This document shows, one piece after another, positions 22,817 to 31,221 of a stretch of DNA of 32,000 bases. The stretch covers positions 510,001 through 542,000 of the forward strand of contig NZ_CP060530.1 of the NCBI RefSeq assembly GCF_016806735.1. Direction: 5' to 3'. The position numbers and the translations under genes were made by a program. Position 1 is the first letter of the stretch; every line of letters starts with the position of its first letter. This DNA comes from Candidatus Micrarchaeum sp. GTDB lineage: Archaea > Micrarchaeota > Micrarchaeia > Micrarchaeales > Micrarchaeaceae. The notes below the pieces were generated by a model that had not been told where the DNA came from, made no database searches, and was given only the letters and a program-made list of their open reading frames with translations.

Positions 22817-23797
22817 ATGGCAATCCCAAAAAAGCTTGAGCCTGAAGACAAAATAGCAGTTATAGCCCCTTCAAGGAGCCTGTCCCTGCTAAGCAGCGAA
22901 ACGCAACAATACGCCATTAATAGCCTTAGAAGGCTTGGCCTTGAAGTCGAAATAGCCAAGCATGCAACAGAAATCGACGAATTTTCCTCATCTTCGGTAA
23001 AATCAAGGGTTGAAGATTTGGAATGGGCTTTTTCCAGCAAGGAGATAAAGGGAATACTGACCGTAATAGGGGGCTTCAACAGCAATGAGCTTCTTAGCTA
23101 CATTGATTTTGGCCTTATAAGAAAAAATCCAAAGCCATTGTGCGGCTTTTCCGACGCAACAATACTAAACAATTCTATATTTGCGAAAGCAGGGCTAGTT
23201 ACCTATTACGGTCCACACTTCTCCACATTCGGCATGCTGAAGGGAAACGAATATACAATCGAATATTTCAAAAAATGCCTGATGTCAGAAGAGCCATATG
23301 ATATTGTCCAATCGAAGGAATGGAGCGACGACTCATGGTATAAGGACCAAGAGAACAGGAAATTCCTTAGGAATGAAGGCTGCAAGGTCATAAATTCCGG
23401 CTCTGCTGAAGGCACTGTGCTAGGAGGCAATCTATGCACCTTCAATCTGCTGCAAGGGACCGAGTATATGCCAAACCTTAAAGATTCAATATTATTTTTG
23501 GAGGACGACGATGCAATCACTCCCGCAGACTTTGCAAGGGACTTGCAGTCCGTAATACATCAGCCAGGGTTTGAAGGCGTAAAAGGCATAGTAATAGGCA
23601 GGTTCCAGCTCAAAACCCAAATGAGCGATGCTCTCTTAAGGAAAATAATAAAGACCAAGAAAGAGCTTGATGGCATACCAATCATAAGCAATGCAGACTT
23701 TGGGCACACAACACCTATTGCAACATTTCCGATAGGCGGTACAGCCAAAATAAGCGCCGATGAGAGCGGCGTTTCAATAACCATAAAAGAGCATTAG
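22817..23797 (+). CDS. Peptidase S66 family (LD-carboxypeptidase / MccF-like serine peptidase)
   Basis: DKIAVIAPSRSL at the N-terminus, nucleophile elbow CGFSDATILNN (G-x-S-D), and a C-terminal His region ISNADFGHTTPIATFPIGG. The ORF is open from GTG 22808. Confidence 0.8.
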   Translation: MAIPKKLEPEDKIAVIAPSRSLSLLSSETQQYAINSLRRLGLEVEIAKHATEIDEFSSSSVKSRVEDLEWAFSSKEIKGILTVIGGFNSNELLSYIDFGLIRKNPKPLCGFSDATILNNSIFAKAGLVTYYGPHFSTFGMLKGNEYTIEYFKKCLMSEEPYDIVQSKEWSDDSWYKDQENRKFLRNEGCKVINSGSAEGTVLGGNLCTFNLLQGTEYMPNLKDSILFLEDDDAITPADFARDLQSVIHQPGFEGVKGIVIGRFQLKTQMSDALLRKIIKTKKELDGIPIISNADFGHTTPIATFPIGGTAKISADESGVSITIKEH

Positions 23798-23971
23798 CAA
23801 TGCAGGGCTGCCTCTATACGATTGCACCAGTGCTCATCCCAAACGGAATTCGGAAATGCTATCTTTGCATTCGTCTTTTGTCCATAGTGATTGTTATCTT
23901 TAAATAACCTGTCTCCAAACAAAAAGAGGTCTGAGGATAGATTCATTGGCGGCGTTCGTTGCCTTAATGAG

Positions 23972-23980
23972 CTATAAAAT
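23972..23980 (+). promoter_or_regulatory. TATA-like box about 33 nt upstream of ATG 24009
   Basis: The sequence reads gCTATAAAATc. It is the only strong A/T box at promoter distance from the first mevalonate-operon gene. Confidence 0.4.
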
Positions 23981-24008
23981 CAGCTGTTAAAGTGAAAAAG
24001 GGCTTAAA

Positions 24009-24992
24009 ATGGAAGCAGGAGAAAAAACCGACTATAATACCGTGGTGGCAGAAGCTTACCCGACAATTCCGATAATATTTGTATCAAGTTCCAGGGACAA
24101 CAGGCTGCCTGTGCATAACTCCATGGGCCTTTCTGTAACGGACAAAAACAACGAGACGAGAGTCGAGACAAAAATTACGCGCACCGGATCGGGAAAAATA
24201 GATAGATTTCTTCTCAACGGCGAAAAACTTCCTGAAGAGCGCCTTGCCTCGATGGACGAAGTACTGAAATTCTTTAGGAAAGAGACAGGCAAAAATTATG
24301 GGATATCTGTGGAATCCAACAATTACAAGGTTTTTTCCGGAAGCAGCGATGCGGGAGCCGCAGCTTACGTAAAAGGGCTCAACGAACTTTTTAATGCAGA
24401 GCTGCAGATAGGGCAGATAGCAATGCTTGCAAACTCAATATCAGAATCTGCAATAAGGGCCGTATACGGAGGGCTGAATACTCTTGTAGTCGAAGGGCCT
24501 GGAGCGCCATACGGCAAGCAGCTCGCATCCGAAGACGATTTGAAGAACATAAGGATATTCGCGATGGGTTTCGAATACGATTCCAGGCTTTCAGCTGCTG
24601 AGATTTTCCAGCTTACCAGAAGCAACCCGTTCTACGAATACAGGCTGAAGATGCTGCCGCAATGGGAAGCAAAAATAAAGCTTGGCCTTTTAAGAAAGGA
24701 CTGGAATATGGTATTTTCAAATGCGGAAGACAACTGTTCAAACGCGCATTATTTGATAGAAAGCTCGGGCGCAAGGGCAAGGAAAAAGGAAATGATGAAT
24801 GCAGTTATAGACGTGGAAGAGATAAGGGCATCAGGGCTTCCGGTATATTGGACTGCGGGAGGCGGAAAAATAATAAACGCCTTCTCGTGGGAGCCTTATG
24901 GCGATAGGGTGCTTGAGGCTTTAAAAGAAAGGGGCCAGAAGCCAATCGAATATAAGGTGGCTCCAGCCGCAAGGATAAAATCAAAGAGCTGA
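24009..24992 (+). CDS. Diphosphomevalonate-decarboxylase-fold (GHMP) protein, probable mevalonate 3-kinase
   Basis: EAYPTIPIIFVSS near the N-terminus, FSGSSDAGAAAYV (phosphate-binding loop), SESAIRAVYGGL, and WTAGGGKIINAF. This pattern matches my recollection of T. acidophilum Ta1305 (AYPTIG..., SGSSDAGAA). Confidence 0.7.
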   Translation: MEAGEKTDYNTVVAEAYPTIPIIFVSSSRDNRLPVHNSMGLSVTDKNNETRVETKITRTGSGKIDRFLLNGEKLPEERLASMDEVLKFFRKETGKNYGISVESNNYKVFSGSSDAGAAAYVKGLNELFNAELQIGQIAMLANSISESAIRAVYGGLNTLVVEGPGAPYGKQLASEDDLKNIRIFAMGFEYDSRLSAAEIFQLTRSNPFYEYRLKMLPQWEAKIKLGLLRKDWNMVFSNAEDNCSNAHYLIESSGARARKKEMMNAVIDVEEIRASGLPVYWTAGGGKIINAFSWEPYGDRVLEALKERGQKPIEYKVAPAARIKSKS

Positions 24993-25010
24993 AAATAAAA
25001 TCGTGGTTTA

Positions 25011-25637
25011 GTGCAGAAAAACAAAATAATATTCATAGGTGGAGTTCCAGGGGTTGGAAAAACGAGCATATCTGGAATGCTGGCGCGGAAATTTGGGATA
25101 GATATAATGCTTTCTACCGATTATTTGAGGGAATTCGTAAGGCCCCTGGTAAATGACGCTAACGCACGCGATATACTTTCAGTTAGCGTATACGAAGCAT
25201 GGAAAAAGTTCGGGGAGAAGAGCTATGAAAATATAATAAAGGGCTACCTTAAGCAATCGGATTACATATGCAGCGGCATAAGTGCCACTATTGACAGAGC
25301 CGCGAAGAATGGCGAAAACCTTATAATAGAGTCCCTGTACTTCAACGAACCGTTGGCCGAAACTATAAGGCAGAAAGGAGTCTGTGCTGCATATATCTAT
25401 ATTTCTGATTTTACAACCCACACAAAAAGGTTGAACGAGAGGCAGCTGTACACTCATTTCAATTCCCCGGGGCAGAGGCTTTCTGCACAGCTTGACGTTT
25501 ATGGGGCGATAATGAAATACTCCGAGGCCCTGGCAAAGAAGAATGGTATAGATACATTCGACAATTCTGATTTCCAAGAAACTGCAAAAAAGATAATCGA
25601 TTCGGTGGGAAGATTTTATGGAAATGACAAAATCTGA
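25011..25637 (+). CDS. P-loop kinase of the 2-phosphoglycerate-kinase-like family, probable mevalonate-3-phosphate 5-kinase
   Basis: Walker A IFIGGVPGVGKTSISG and STDYLREFVRP. Small size (208 aa), GTG start. It sits between two MDD-fold genes, as expected for a Ta0762 counterpart. Confidence 0.7.
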   Translation: MQKNKIIFIGGVPGVGKTSISGMLARKFGIDIMLSTDYLREFVRPLVNDANARDILSVSVYEAWKKFGEKSYENIIKGYLKQSDYICSGISATIDRAAKNGENLIIESLYFNEPLAETIRQKGVCAAYIYISDFTTHTKRLNERQLYTHFNSPGQRLSAQLDVYGAIMKYSEALAKKNGIDTFDNSDFQETAKKIIDSVGRFYGNDKI

Positions 25638-26724
25638 GATTGCAAAGCTCTCGCGGCTAGGTAGGGAGATGCATTCCAAACTCGGCAGAAAAGGCATGTT
25701 CGAGGAGGTTAAAAAGCACGAAAAGAGCCTGGAAGAAGGCAGGATAACAAACGGGGTAGGATATCCGATAATCGGAATAGAGAAATTCCTTGGCTATTAC
25801 GACAGCAGCATGAACATAGCATATAACCCATCGATATCGCTTACAACCGATTTCAGCAGGGCAGAGGCTTTCTGCCAGTACCTGCGCAACGGAAAGGACG
25901 AAGTGGTGCTTGACGGAGCTTCAAGCGATAAGTACATGAAAAGGATGGAAAAGGCTTTGGACTTTTTCAAGAGAGAAAACAGAATAAGCGGTTCGTTCAG
26001 GTTCTACATAACAAGGAAGAAAAGATATAAGGATGCCAAAGGGCTCGGCGAGTCTGCTTCTGTGGCTTCTGCAGCTTCGGAAGCTCTGGTAAAATGCGTT
26101 TACGGGGAAGAAGCTTCAAAAGACAGGAGGCTTGTATCAATGTATGCCCGGCTTGTCTCAGGCTCTGGTACGAGGTCCTCATCAGGCGGCATTTCCATGT
26201 GGCTTTCCTATCCAGGCATAAAAAGCGGCCAATGCTATGCTGAACAACTGAACGAAAAGCAAAATGATATCAACCTTTTTGCAATTCCTGAAAAATCAAA
26301 AATAGAAACGATAGGGGCACACGATGCCGCAAAGAGATCTGATTTTTACAAGCCATGGGTATTTGGCAAATTATCTAGATTTCTCGACGAGATCGAATTT
26401 GCCGGGATAGACCAGCTATTGCAAGCTGCAGAAAATGACACGTTCAGGCTAGATGCAGTTCTCATGTCCGGTGGAATGTTCGTGCATAATGACAGGAGCC
26501 TGCAAAGGATCAAGAAGTTCATGGATTTCAAGGAAACGGATGATCGCGTGTTCATGAGTGCCGATACTGGACCGAGCTTGGTGTTCCTTTCAAGGAATGC
26601 CAAATCACTCAATTCGCTAAAGAAGTTTTTAGGGGATGAGGCATTGGAAGGCGCTGTGCCAAAAGCAAGCACGTCAAGCGAGAAGCTTAAAATGCCGAAA
26701 GAAGCCGAGAGTTTTTTTAAATAG
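25618..26724 (+). CDS. Second MDD-fold protein, probable mevalonate-3,5-bisphosphate decarboxylase
   Basis: GYPIIGIEKFLGYY...NPSISLT (MDD N-terminal pattern), KGLGESASVASAASEALV, and LVSGSGTRSSSGGISMW. It overlaps the upstream kinase gene by 20 nt. Confidence 0.7.
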   Translation: MEMTKSEIAKLSRLGREMHSKLGRKGMFEEVKKHEKSLEEGRITNGVGYPIIGIEKFLGYYDSSMNIAYNPSISLTTDFSRAEAFCQYLRNGKDEVVLDGASSDKYMKRMEKALDFFKRENRISGSFRFYITRKKRYKDAKGLGESASVASAASEALVKCVYGEEASKDRRLVSMYARLVSGSGTRSSSGGISMWLSYPGIKSGQCYAEQLNEKQNDINLFAIPEKSKIETIGAHDAAKRSDFYKPWVFGKLSRFLDEIEFAGIDQLLQAAENDTFRLDAVLMSGGMFVHNDRSLQRIKKFMDFKETDDRVFMSADTGPSLVFLSRNAKSLNSLKKFLGDEALEGAVPKASTSSEKLKMPKEAESFFK

Positions 26725-26796
26725 CCGCTTTGCAATTTTTGATATATAGAGTGTCGCAGGTTTTTGAGCTGGGTGACTGTAAATTAATCAAATAAC

Positions 26797-28485
26797 TCAT
26801 TTTACTGCTTCCCTGACTGCATAAATGGAGTAATTGTAAGTGGAATTGTAATAATATGAAGTGGTGTAATTTTTGCTTTGCGGGCATATGCTGGAAGGAC
26901 TGCTCCCACGGTAGACAACTATTTCGTTTATATCGTTGCAGGTTATCCTCTTTTGAGGGACGATCACTCCGACGCAGTTGTAAGGTTGGTTCTTTGCGCC
27001 CATACATAATGTATAAGCTATGTTTGTATAGTTTCCAATGAGCTTATAATTGGTAAAGTTGAGGCCGTTTATTTTTGTTATTGCAGAATAGGTTATATTC
27101 CATGCATGACTCAGGGAAGAGTAGTTATAGCTTATCGTAGGGTAAAAAGAAAGCCCGACGACCAAATAGATTATAAGTATAGCGAAGAACACGGAAATTC
27201 TAAGAACGCGCTTCTTTTTACCTTTTGCCAATTCTGCCATGAAAATTCCGCAGACTATTGACAACGTCATGGCAACAGGTATTAGCAGCCTTGTAACGTC
27301 TTCCACCCCATATTTTCCGTTGCCAGCCGGCATTGCGGAAAGCAGCAAATAGAAAATTGCCACAAAAGCGATAAATGGCATTATGGCTCCTTTCTTAGAC
27401 CTTGAAAATATCAAGAGATACGCTGTGCCTGCAAGGAACAATGCAAAAAGTATCCCCATATTTGCATAAGGATCCTCGCCGTAAAAAGATTTTCCCGGAA
27501 ATCCGGATGTGTACTTTATTGGGAGCATTGTGTAAAAATAAAACATATAGCTTGGGACTAAGTTCTCGCTGCTGTATCTGGAAGAGATATAAGCTTCCTG
27601 GCCATGTATTCCAAAAAGGGGATTGCCATACATAAGTGCCTGCTGGCTGAGATACAAAACGCCAAATATCGCAATCCCGATTATTGCGAAAGCGAATGCC
27701 TTCGCGAGCCATGCTTTCTCAATTTTAAAGCTGCTAAAATAAAGAAGCAGGGCAAGAAAAGGAACATAGGATATTATGCTGAAAGCGGCTTGATTGCCGA
27801 AAAATACTCCTGCCCCTGCAGCCATGCCTGCAAAAAGCGCTATTGGGAGAGATCTCCTTTTTATTGCAAAAAGCGCCAGCAATATCCCTGCAGAATCTGC
27901 CATTGCTATATATGGGTCTGGCAAAAGCCTTATCCCGTACATCATAACTAGCGGATTAAAAGCGTAAAATGCTGCTGCAACTACTCCTGCCAGAAGATTC
28001 TCGAATTCTTTGCCTATCCATAGCAGGCAAACCATTACGACGGCTATTGCGACGAGCGGCGGGAACTCTGTAGCGTAAGCAGAATGCAGCAACGCATAAA
28101 AGGGAAACTCCATGGCTGCGAAGCCGAAAGCCGAAACTGTCCATGGTGTTGTTCCCAATACGGACAATTTGACTACGGAATACGCATATATTGAATCATC
28201 GAATGGGAGATATATGCCTGGAGAAGAAGAATAATACAAAACTATTGTGGCTGCCAGCAGAATAAAAAATGCTGCAAAGTAATATTTAACATGCTTGGAA
28301 TTTTCAGGGGCTTTGGATCTCGCACTATTCGAATTAAGCCGAAAACCTTTGGAAAAGCCAATTCCTGCCATTTTGCCTATTCGTTTGCTTGCATGCCTGC
28401 TGTTCTTATTGCCGCCATGCGATCGGTGCACTGCAGTCGAAGCCATATCGAAAGCATTGCAAACTACATCCAGCATGAGATTCAT
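26797..28485 (-). CDS. Polytopic membrane protein, GT-C-fold glycosyltransferase-like (PMT/ArnT-type), with external C-terminal domain
   Basis: More than 10 hydrophobic spans. An acidic motif YLPFDDSIY follows directly after the first span, as in GT-C enzymes. I found no WWDxG, so it is not an obvious AglB. The last ~100 aa carry six N-x-S/T sequons and four Cys. The start is uncertain because several in-frame Met precede the first span. Confidence 0.55.
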   Translation of the reverse strand: MNLMLDVVCNAFDMASTAVHRSHGGNKNSRHASKRIGKMAGIGFSKGFRLNSNSARSKAPENSKHVKYYFAAFFILLAATIVLYYSSSPGIYLPFDDSIYAYSVVKLSVLGTTPWTVSAFGFAAMEFPFYALLHSAYATEFPPLVAIAVVMVCLLWIGKEFENLLAGVVAAAFYAFNPLVMMYGIRLLPDPYIAMADSAGILLALFAIKRRSLPIALFAGMAAGAGVFFGNQAAFSIISYVPFLALLLYFSSFKIEKAWLAKAFAFAIIGIAIFGVLYLSQQALMYGNPLFGIHGQEAYISSRYSSENLVPSYMFYFYTMLPIKYTSGFPGKSFYGEDPYANMGILFALFLAGTAYLLIFSRSKKGAIMPFIAFVAIFYLLLSAMPAGNGKYGVEDVTRLLIPVAMTLSIVCGIFMAELAKGKKKRVLRISVFFAILIIYLVVGLSFYPTISYNYSSLSHAWNITYSAITKINGLNFTNYKLIGNYTNIAYTLCMGAKNQPYNCVGVIVPQKRITCNDINEIVVYRGSSPSSICPQSKNYTTSYYYNSTYNYSIYAVREAVK

Positions 28486-28653
28486 CGATTTAAACTGATT
28501 GGCTACTAAGGAATAAAAGGTTTAGCTGGCTTGATTTTCGTGCGAATTGTGGCCTATGCATGCAAGCCCCCGAACGGTGCAGCCATAACAATTTAAAAAT
28601 CTATTTAAATATTTGCATTGAATAGTGGAATAAAACGAATAGGGGTTTAGCAA

Positions 28654-30081
28654 ATGGCTGGCATGAAGCTTAAGTCGGGTTCTCTTGGTTTCTGGGGTCT
28701 TGTATTCTACGCAGTAAGCGTAATATTTCCTGCGGGCGCGTTCGCAGTTACAGGCGTTACTGCAATGACATACGCTGGGACAACAGCACCGCTCGCTTTC
28801 CTGATAGGCGGAGCGACTCTGTTCCTTGCCATAATAGCAATATACATATTCAGCTCCAAGGTGTCAAATGCAGGGGGCTACTACAAGTACGTCGAATCAA
28901 GCGTCCACAACAAATACCTTTCGAAAAGCATGGGACTCTACCAGCTCTTCTGGGTAATAGGCGACATGATAGCTGCCAGCATAATAGGGGGATGGTTCCT
29001 CTGGACCGGGCTCGTAACACTTACGGGATATTCGCTTCCGTTGGTTGCAGTGCTCCTTATAGCGTTCATAACTCCTATAATATACCTGCTCGTGGGATTC
29101 TTTTCAATAAAAGTGAGCCAGAAACTCGCCCTTATATTTGGAATAATACAGATAGCTTTCTTCCTGCTTCTGGCAATAGCCCTAATAGTCAAGGCTCCGT
29201 ACAACGGAGTGCAGTACTTCAACATAGGAAACTCTACCAACGGCTTGTACGGATTCTTCCTGGCAATGGTAGTAGGCGCATTCCTGGCATATGGCGGCTA
29301 CGGCTCGATAGTGTCATTTGGAGAAGAGGCCAAGCTGCCTAAGCATACGCTGAAGAAGGCAATAGTAACCGCATTGCTCATAATGGTTGCTTTCGATACG
29401 TTTGTAGTGTATGCGCTAGAAGCTGCTTCTGGCCCTAACCTTGGAACGGCATTGCAGTTCTTCGCACCCGGGCTTTACCTTACAAAGGCCTATTTCGGAA
29501 TAGCGCTGACGCTAATAGCGTTCGCGATAGTTGAGATAGCGCAGCTCATGTCCCCGGTCCTGTTCGGCAACAGCGCTTCAAGGACCATATTCGCTTTGGC
29601 AAGGGACGGGCTTCTTCCAAAATCCCTTACAAAAGTGCATCCAAAATACGGCAGCCCATATATGTCAGTGTTTGCCGTATTCGGAGTAGTAGTTATAGGA
29701 GTAATAGTAACCATGGTGCCACTTGTGGCATTATACGGTGAGTCAAACGGCTTATTCGACTCGTTTGTAATATGGGGAACCGCAATAACGATATTCACCC
29801 TGATATACCACATAGCCACAAACGAATCGTTGCCCATAATGATGCACAGGCTGAAGCACATGAATGTAGTGAGCCACATCGTGGCTCCGACATTGGGCTC
29901 GATTATAATGGCCATAGCAATATACTATTCCCTGCAAGGCCTTAGCGGGCCCCTTGAAGCCGTGCTGGTAATGATTCCCGCGTGGATAATAATATCGCTT
30001 GTAGTGGTATACGTAAGGCGTGACAAGATAAAAATGGAGCCGTTGCTTACAAAAGCGCATCCAACTGACAGCATAAGGTAA
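28654..30081 (+). CDS. Amino acid permease (APC superfamily)
   Basis: 475 aa with about 12 hydrophobic spans. FSSKVSNAGGYYKYV and the general APC layout are present. A/T-rich boxes lie at 28591-28612 upstream. Confidence 0.85.
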   Translation: MAGMKLKSGSLGFWGLVFYAVSVIFPAGAFAVTGVTAMTYAGTTAPLAFLIGGATLFLAIIAIYIFSSKVSNAGGYYKYVESSVHNKYLSKSMGLYQLFWVIGDMIAASIIGGWFLWTGLVTLTGYSLPLVAVLLIAFITPIIYLLVGFFSIKVSQKLALIFGIIQIAFFLLLAIALIVKAPYNGVQYFNIGNSTNGLYGFFLAMVVGAFLAYGGYGSIVSFGEEAKLPKHTLKKAIVTALLIMVAFDTFVVYALEAASGPNLGTALQFFAPGLYLTKAYFGIALTLIAFAIVEIAQLMSPVLFGNSASRTIFALARDGLLPKSLTKVHPKYGSPYMSVFAVFGVVVIGVIVTMVPLVALYGESNGLFDSFVIWGTAITIFTLIYHIATNESLPIMMHRLKHMNVVSHIVAPTLGSIIMAIAIYYSLQGLSGPLEAVLVMIPAWIIISLVVVYVRRDKIKMEPLLTKAHPTDSIR

Positions 30082-30086
30082 GAAAG

Positions 30087-31220
30087 ATGGTAGTGCCGGA
30101 GTTCAGGGGCTTTCCTTTCGTCGTTACCGGCACCGACCGCTTTTACGTAGTAGCTGGAAGCAGGAAGTATCTCGATTTCTCAGGCTCAGCAATGACAACA
30201 GGCTACGATTTCCTGCGTAAAGAGGATTTTGTATCGCCAGTAAGCACTTTGGTATTCAGGAGCACATGGAATGACAGGCTTACAAAAAAGCTAAAGCTTG
30301 TTTCGGGGAAGGACAATGTCGTATACTGCACCTCAGGCACCGAAGCATGCGAGACTGCGCTTTCGAGATACCAAAAGCCCATAATTGCATTGGAGAACGC
30401 GTATCACGGCAAAGGCTATCTCACATACAGGGCTTCAAACGGCACCGGAATAGATACAAAAAACAGGGTCGTGCACCTAAGGGTTCCACAGGATTCTTCG
30501 GAAGATAGAACTACACAAAGCTTTAACGAAGACCTGATTAGAAAGGCATCAAGATCATTCGATATCGATGGCTCCACAATTATATTTGAGCTTGTTCAGT
30601 CCGACGGCGGTGTAAATATCCTATCCGACGATTTTATCAGCAGCTTGAAAAAGATTGCATTTGCAAACCATATGCATATGGCAATAGACGAAGTGTATAC
30701 CGGCATGGGAAGGAGCGGGGAACTGCTGCTCTCCTTAAAAAAGGGATTGAAGCCAGAGATGATATGCATTGGAAAAGGCATGGCTGCAGGGCTTCCGCTG
30801 TCCGCGGTACTGTATGACGGCGATTGGAATATATCCTACAACGGCGCTTTCGGCATGCAGTCCGGAAACATGCTATGCTCAAAGGCTGCCATAAAAACTA
30901 TAGGCGGCCTGACAGAGAAAAGGCTTTCTTTCGTTAGAAGAAAGGGCAAGGAGATAGTCAAGCGCCTTGGCTCAATAAGCAACGAGAAAATAAAGTCCGT
31001 AAGGGGAATAGGCTTTATGATAGGAGTTGAACTTACAAAGTCAGGCAAGCCTTTGACTGATTATTCATACGAGCTAAGATCCGAGCTCCTAAAGAAAGGC
31101 GTGGTGTGCTCGCTGGTAGGTGCGAAAAGCAATATAATAAAGATAACACCTCCTCCATATATTGATGAAAAAACACTGGATGCAGGAATAGACAGGATTG
31201 CAGAAGCATTGGGTGAATAA
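30087..31220 (+). CDS. Class-III (fold-type I) PLP aminotransferase-family protein, divergent
   Basis: CTSGTEACETAL, AIDEVYTGMGRSGELL, the catalytic Lys region MICIGKGMAAGLPLSAV, VRGIGFMIGVEL and IKITPPPYI. It deviates from consensus at ELVQSDGG (usually EP.QGEGG) and MQSGNML (usually TFGGNPL). Confidence 0.8.
   Translation: MVVPEFRGFPFVVTGTDRFYVVAGSRKYLDFSGSAMTTGYDFLRKEDFVSPVSTLVFRSTWNDRLTKKLKLVSGKDNVVYCTSGTEACETALSRYQKPIIALENAYHGKGYLTYRASNGTGIDTKNRVVHLRVPQDSSEDRTTQSFNEDLIRKASRSFDIDGSTIIFELVQSDGGVNILSDDFISSLKKIAFANHMHMAIDEVYTGMGRSGELLLSLKKGLKPEMICIGKGMAAGLPLSAVLYDGDWNISYNGAFGMQSGNMLCSKAAIKTIGGLTEKRLSFVRRKGKEIVKRLGSISNEKIKSVRGIGFMIGVELTKSGKPLTDYSYELRSELLKKGVVCSLVGAKSNIIKITPPPYIDEKTLDAGIDRIAEALGE
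31212..31216 (+). promoter_or_regulatory. Shine-Dalgarno-like GGTGA, 5 nt upstream of ATG 31222
   Basis: The sequence reads ttgGGTGAataacATGaag, located inside the end of the aminotransferase gene. Confidence 0.4.
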
Positions 31221-31221
31221 C

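Noticed and set aside
23798-24008. The longest intergenic gap (211 nt), upstream of the mevalonate operon, examined for an ncRNA or a small ORF.
   Set aside because: It contains only two A/T boxes (about 23899 and 23972) and a 14-codon ORF with no features. I could not identify a convincing stem-loop architecture by eye, so nothing can be supported beyond promoter function.
26797-28485. Possible low-GC horizontally acquired island around the glycosyltransferase gene.
   Set aside because: My hand counts on individual 60-nt lines ranged from about 35% to 57% GC within the gene itself, so no consistent compositional shift can be claimed without a proper sliding-window calculation.
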